64,000 nt of DNA from the NCBI RefSeq assembly GCF_009914755.1, contig NC_060925.1; one strand, written 5' to 3'. The notes below the pieces were generated by a model. It was given only the letters and a program-made list of their open reading frames with translations, was not told the DNA's origin and made no database searches. The translations under genes were made by a program, and so were the position numbers. Position 1 is the first letter of the stretch. Every line of letters begins with the position of its first letter. Shown in pieces: positions 57,120-64,000 of the stretch. The stretch is from the human T2T-CHM13v2.0 reference genome, Homo sapiens.

Positions 57120-58304
57120 CCCTGGTGTTTCTTGAGCATCTCAAATACATAAAATTATATCTTTCATCAAATTTGAGGCCATTATTTCTTCAGGTATTTT
57201 TTCTGGCCCATTCTCTTTCCTCTCCTTCTTGATCTCAAAGTACATGTACATAAAACTTTGTGATATTTTCTAACAGGTCCTTGGACTACTATTATTTTAA
57301 TCTTTTCCTCTCTGTTACCTTCAATAACTTCTGGCTTATTTAACTTCAAGTCTTTACTTTGTCATCTCCACTAGGCTGTTAATTTTTTGCAGTGAAAATT
57401 TTCATTTCAGATTTTGTATTTTTCATTTCTAAATTTCCATTTGATTTGTTTCTAGTTCTGTGCTGAGATTTCCTATTTTTTCATATATTGTGAACACATT
57501 TTATTTACCTTTACTGAGAATAGTTGTTAACAGCCACTTAAAAATCCTAGTCTGCTATTAATAATTTCTACATCTGGGTCATTTCAGGGATACTCTTTTC
57601 TCTTGTAAAGGAGTTACATACTCCTTTTTCTTTATACATTGGGTAATTCTGAATGTTCCCTGAACATAATAAATGCTAAATTTCTGAAACTCTGGATTCT
57701 TTAATTTTTCTCCAGTTAGCATTTTTTTCTTTCTTTTTTTAATCAGCTGATTAAACACATTTAAACTGCAAACTGTTTCTTGGGAAGAAGTTTCTTATCT
57801 TTTGTCTTTAGCTGAGCAGCTCTGAGTGAAGCTATCACTCAGGGGTCATGTGAGCTGTCAGTAGACAGATTTTGGATCCCCTCTCTAACAAACATAGTTT
57901 CCCCAAATTCAGCTTTCACAGGCCATAGAGACCAGAGTTCTTCTACTTATCTTCTTGTTATCTTCTCCCATGCCACAATGTACACCATGCCATTTTCACC
58001 CAGCCCCAGGCTGAGAGCTGCAAAACATGAGATGTCATTTCATATACCTCCATCTTCTTTGAGGATGTATTCCCAATCAGGTTCTCCCCGCTTCTGTTCA
58101 CTCTTTAGTGCCTTTAGGATAATGGTCTTTGTGCTATGCTCAGATTTTTAGTTGCTTCTGTGAGGGCCGTAGCCCAGAAGGACCTCATTCAGTCACTAGC
58201 CCTCCTCATACATTTGGACCATTATTAATTTGAATTTTCTAAAAGATGTAGCCAATCCTATTTCTAATTAAGGCACCCTGAACTTTTAAGTTTTATGAAT
58301 ACAG

Positions 58305-59258
58305 AAAACCATATTTTTCAAACATGGCCTCAATAATATCTCTCACTCCACATTTTCATCTAGAACCTTGCCACTCACCCATCAAGAAGATTGTCCCTTC
58401 AGCTTGAACCTGGATGGACTCTTGTGACTGTCTCAATCAATACAGTATGATAGAACTTAGGCTGGCTATGACGTCCAAGGCTAGGTCATTAAAATGTCAT
58501 GCAATTCTGCTTTGTTCTCTAGAGACACTTGCTCTAGAGAACATACTTATCATGTTGTTAAGAAAGTCAAGCAGCCCACATGGGAAGAACAAAAACCCCA
58601 TGCCCACAGCTCTGGCTGAACTCCCAACTGATGGGCAGCACCAATTGGCTAGCTATGTGTGTGAGCCATCTTGACAGTGATTCTTCCAACCACAGGTGAG
58701 CTACTGCAACTCATGCTGCATAGAGAAGATACAATTAGGTGCTGCCTAGTCCTGCCCAAATTTCAGACTCATGAGCAAAAAAAAAAAAGAAAAAAAAAAT
58801 TGTTGTTGTTTTATATTAGTCACTATAGTGTTTCAGGGTGTATGGTGGACAGAGATGTATTATCTTCTCCCTCAATGATGAGCTTTGCCCCAGATGTCAA
58901 CAGATAGCTCCCCACTGCCAGGTTCCTTCAAAGTTACAGAGAGCCTCTTTAAACAACTGCCTGTGTTTCTTGGAGAACTTCATATGCATTGAATGACTGA
59001 TAAGGAAATAAGAAAGACCATGCCATTTCTACTAAACTAGCAACAATTCAGGTGACCACAGACGCTTCAGAACTCCTAGTAGGGCTGACTGAAGCTTTGG
59101 CCTCAGTGTAATCTGACTTCTCCTCCACCCAAACCTGCTTTCTCCAATTCCCTTCTACAGGTGTTAACCCCTAATAAATACCCTGCATGACACATTCTGT
59201 CTCAGTGCCTGCTTCTGGAGAACATAATGTGTTACACAGCAATTGTTAAGTGGAACAG
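58305..59258 (+). mobile_element. MLT1-type MaLR LTR with a nested LTR16-like LTR (~58838-59236)
   Basis: MLT1 motifs cagcaccaattggctagctatgtgtgtgagccatcttg and ttacacagcaat...gaaca. LTR16-like 3' end ctaataaataccctgca...tctcagtgcctgcttctggagaac. Confidence 0.65.
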
Positions 59259-59661
59259 TAGCCCAACAAATTCCATTTTCTGGAAGAAGCAGCAAAATAA
59301 CATCTGGCATTCAAAACCACTCTGAGTCAGTGACGTCTTGCAAATAACGTGGCAGCCAGACAACCAGATACTAAGAATTGTCAATAAAAGGAGTGAAAGG
59401 AAAGTTCAGGTAAAACATTATTTTCAACTTTGATAATTCATGAAAACTGAGAAATGTTTGGAAGAGATAAAATATCTATTACTGTAAAAACATTATTCAA
59501 GTTTTCCATAATTTGAATATTAGTCAAAACATGTACACTAATTAAAGTTTCTAAAATGAATAATTTTCCTTGTCCCTAAACAAAAGTAAATAAGATTTGG
59601 GTTAAAAGTTTTATGATTTTAGTTTTAAAATAATAGTTTTAAAAACTTTAAAAGCATTCTA

Positions 59662-59948
59662 TGCTGGGCACAATGGCTCACGCCTATAATCCCAGAACTT
59701 TGGGAGGCAAGGCCAGTGGAACACTTGAGTCCAGGAGTTTATGACCAGCGTGAGCAACCTCATCGCTACAAAAACTACAAAAATTAGCCAAGAATAGTGG
59801 TCCACGCCTGCGCTAGTGGTCCCAGCTACCCAAGAGGCTGAGGTCAGAGGATCACCTGTGCCCAGGAGGTCAAAGCTGTAGTGAGCCGTGATGATGCCAC
59901 TACACTCTAGCCTGGGTGACAGAGCAAGATCCTGTCTCAAAAAAAAAG
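59662..59948 (+). mobile_element. Alu (J-type)
   Basis: TSD aaaagcattcta on both sides. Confidence 0.92.
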
Positions 59949-61626
59949 CATTCTAAAACAACGATTACATTGAAAGGGCAACATTCTATGGGTGATTTTT
60001 TTTTTAACTTCACTAGAACATCAGTACCAAAAGCATGATTATTACAAATATTACCCCCATAAGACCAAAATGCGGATACGACATTAGTTAATCTATATAG
60101 TTTCAATTCTGGCTGGACACTGAATTCAACTATAGAGGGTTATTTTAATTGCATGTACCTTGGCCCCAACCCAGACACCACTAATCAAAATATTGCACAG
60201 GGGATTGGTCCCTGACAACCACTAATTTAAGACAGGCATTTCTCTTCCCAGCAACATCACATTAATATCTCCCATTCGGTTCCTTTTTATCATTTATATA
60301 GGTTAGGGTAGTGGACTCTTCTAAAACAATACTTTTATTTTCTAATTTTCCTACTCCTCCTTTTTTATACTCATAAAAACAGCATACTGCATTATATTAA
60401 AATGAAACTGCTTTTTGAAATTGTCTCTTAATTTTGTCAAAGAAATATTACATCAGTAATAAAAGAAAGTCCACACTGGTAAAATTACATCACCAACAGC
60501 CTTTCTGTCAGTCAGAAATTAGAATTCTTTATGGAACATTAATTTGGGGTTCATCCTACATTTGAGAAAACAGTTATTCAAAAAATTCTGTCAGTAAACT
60601 TTTCTCAAACTAATCTTTTCCACTGGGTAGTGAAGCTATTATTTAAGAATTATGGGAATAAAAAACTAATGATTCTATAATTCCAGGTACTGCAAAATAA
60701 TGGTGGTTATACAAATCCTAATCTTTCTCTGCATCTTTCCAAAAACCATCCAGATACAATCAACAAGGAGAACAAGTAAAACAACCCACATACCACATTT
60801 AAAATGTAATTCAAAGAAAGACTACTATGAAATTCAAATTATGTGTAATTATGAAAATAAACATTCAAATTCAGCAAATTAGAAAAAGAAGAGAAAAGCG
60901 GGGAGTAATGGGGCAATAAAATGCAGATTAAACCACTGCCCACTGAGACGGAAGGAAGAAGTCCTACCATGAGTAGGATAGATAGTATAGTTGGGGGAAA
61001 CTGGGCGAAAGGTACATGGGACCTTTCTGTACTACCTTTGCAATTTCCTGTGATTCCAAACTTATTTCAAAATAAGGTTTTCTAAGCTAAAAAAAAATCA
61101 TCTTGAGCAAATTTATAGAATTATTTTATGCTTCTCATTATCCTGTTATATATTAACATGTCTTTACACTAACTCTCTTTAACAAATACTTGTATGTAGA
61201 TAAATAATATATCACTAAAAGAAAAACCTTCTAAAACTACAGTATAGCCAATAGCATCTGATCTCAGGAATACTCACTGGGAGATTCAGTTAAAGGCTCC
61301 TCAGGATCTAATCAAATGGCCAGCCTGAGGAATAACTACATTTAGCTACCTATCAAGTAACTTCTATGCTAAATAGTTCTGTACAAGTACAAATAGTGAC
61401 AGATAAAAGGAGGAAACAAGTAATTACATTAGTACAAAAATATGAAAACGTATATAATGGCTTTATAGGATAGACCAGAAGTTTCGTTCAATTACCCTGC
61501 ATTGGCTCCTCCAAATGACAGATACATTCAAACCGATACTATTGCTGTATCTGCCATATGAACATTACACTAAATGAAGATGTCCAAATATCATAGGAAA
61601 GCTTGCCTAAAGACCACGGAATTATC

Positions 61627-62300
61627 TGTATAGTGAAGGCCTAATCTTGCCCAAAGAGAGGTCTGGCTTTTATCCTCAGCTACTGGAAGATGATCGCTAG
61701 GCTCCTGGAATAGCACAACTGATAGGAGTGTCTTTGACTACTAGACAATCTACCAATGTAATTTATGATACATGTAATTTATTTGAGTCATACTATGTTT
61801 TGCCTCTGGAAAGGACTGGAGACTAAAGCTATCAGCCCAACATTTGGGAAGGGCTGGAGACTAAAGACAGTCACACAGGCAGTAAGTAATTGAGGCCACC
61901 CTAAAAAAAACTATAAAAACCAAAGGCTTAGGTGGGCTTCCCTGGCTGGCAATACTCGGTAAGCACTATCATATATGTATGCTGGGCTGTCCTAATTCCA
62001 CCAAGAAAGAATGATGTAAGCTCCACATGTGGTATTTTTTTTTTAACTCTACCCTATATATTAATACTTCTTCCTCTGGCTGATTTAAATCGGTATCCAT
62101 GTAATAAAATCGGTATTCCATGTAATAAAATACAACTGTTAAGTATAACAGCATTCAGTGAGTTCTGTGAGTCTTGCAAATTATCAAAACTAAGAGGTGG
62201 TTTTGGGAACCCCTCGAACTTCCAATTGGTGTCAGAACTTGGAGTGGTCTAACTGGAAGGTTTCCTCTAAAACTCTGTAGTTGCCCCAAATTCCTTGTAG
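61627..62300 (+). mobile_element. MER21-type solo LTR
   Basis: cttgcccaaagagaggtctggc, ggctggagactaaag, gggcttccctggctggcaatactc, gtgagttctgtgagtc. 3' boundary approximate. Confidence 0.75.
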
Positions 62301-62422
62301 TTACTGAAATACCAACTGAACTGTAATATAGTAACTATATTTATATTTAAAAATTCCTAATTGTGCACATCCTGAGTTCACCTATACTCTAGTGTAACAG
62401 TTTTTAACTATATTTTTAACTA

Positions 62423-62518
62423 TAGATGGTCCCTAACTTACAATGGTTCAAATTATGATTCTTCAACTTTATGATGGGCTTACTGGAACATAGCCCACTG
62501 TAAGTCGAGGAGCATCCA
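62423..62518. mobile_element. MER47C-like (Tigger5-derived) mini element
   Basis: gatggtccctaacttacaatggttc...gtaagtcgaggagcatc, TA-flanked. Confidence 0.65.
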
Positions 62519-64000
62519 TATAACATTACCTATTCTTTAATAGTTTCACAATACTATAAAAATAGTTCCTCCATTAGCAATATGAAAAATTCCAATTTTG
62601 AAATGTGACTCAGGCCTGTAAGAGACTGAGAGAATTTTGAGTAAGCCTTAGGCCTCAAAATATTTCTATCTCATTGTAAAAGTAATGATTTTACACATTC
62701 CAAGAGGATAACTGCCAAATCATACCCACAAATCTAAGCTGAAAGAGAAGAAATCAGCGCAAAGCTCTGGTATAGGCAAAGCACATACCAATCCTTCATG
62801 AAATTCTTATGGGATAACAGATGAAAAACTCTCTAGATATGAATTATGTGGTATTTCCCCCCCAACAAATTCTATTAAAATAGGATTGCTCTATTTCCTA
62901 TATCGGTACACTTTACTCAACCACATTATATAAAATATTATCAACATTAAAGAGATGAGGTTAATAAAAGCTGTAATCAAAAATCTTGACTATGAAACTA
63001 CATGAGATAAAAAGAGTTATGAAGAAAACCATAAATAAGTTAACTGGTTTTTCATTTTAGTTTTTTGGACTAGGGTAAAGAAAAATTACTTTAAAAATAC
63101 ATTCCATCCTAAGAATCTATTCAATCCAGTATTTAAGATTTAAAACAAAGATAGGAAAGCACGTATATTCCACTAAGTTTCACTAAGTTTCATGTAACCT
63201 GCTTGCCCTCAGGGAGAGATTCTACGCAACAGAAAGCTGGTGTGCCTCAAGCATATGACTCGACTTCTGTTCATTATTTCTCCTTGGTTTGGGGTCTTCA
63301 TTTTAAAATATAATTTCCATTTTGTGATTCTTTATTCCTTTTTATATTCTGCCATTGATTTATTGCATGCATTCTTATTTCTAATTATCTAAATTCATTA
63401 TGGAACACAGTGAAGATGAAAGGAATAAATAACTAGATAAATAATTTGATTATCAGGAAATATATTTTCGTGTACATTCCATGCAATCATGACTGATATA
63501 ACCCCTTTTGGAACTTATATAGAATTCATGGTCTAAATTCCAGATATAACAGCAACTGTTCCTAAAATATGACTTGACAACTGTAGTGCTGTGTTGCAGC
63601 AACCTATTAACCAACACCCAGAAAGAAGCCCTTGAAACCACAAGGCTGCAGGTCTAGATGAAGAAAACCTCCAGAGAGACATCATAAAATATATCCACTG
63701 AGTACAATAGAAAAAAAGTCATAGTCTATGCCTCTGCAAACTTGAAGTCTAATTTAAATATATATATATATAAATAAATAACTGGATAATGGGTAGTATC
63801 CTATACTTTAACACAGCATATGATAAACTACCAAGTAATCATTCATTACATGTACTGTTCATATTTTCAGTTCATCTCCAAGGCACTGAGGCTGGTACAG
63901 GTACATTATGCACTCATTAAAACTCATTAATACAGGCACATCTGATGAGTTTCTATTTCTTTCTATTATTATCCCTATTAAATTTGAAATTTTCCCATCT

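Overview
Hominid (most likely human) genomic DNA lying wholly inside the CDC42BPA (MRCK-alpha) gene, which runs on the minus strand. Nine coding exons are present. They correspond to exons ~6-14 of the canonical transcript (numbering from memory). Together they encode the C-terminal half of the AGC/DMPK-family kinase domain ([19 protein letters not shown]), the AGC C-tail with the hydrophobic motif FVGFTY, and the start of the coiled coil. All have GT-AG boundaries and phases that join into one open frame. The remaining ~62.6 kb is intron, filled with Alus, old L1/L2/MIR fragments, DNA-transposon relics and solo LTRs. One full-length SVA retrotransposon (20479-22371) lies antisense to the gene with a 12-bp TSD. 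I found no convincing new gene or RNA system. The most notable unexplained structures are: two short local duplications ~1.7 kb from their donors; a fold-back scar at an Alu truncation; a micro-inversion inside an atypical Alu; a quasi-palindromic GTTTCCAAAC minisatellite; two well-formed poison pseudo-exon candidates; an LTR with TATA/E-box/5' splice-site architecture antisense to the gene; and a dense AP-1/CRE motif cluster. Repeat subfamily names are recalled by eye and need RepeatMasker/Dfam confirmation.
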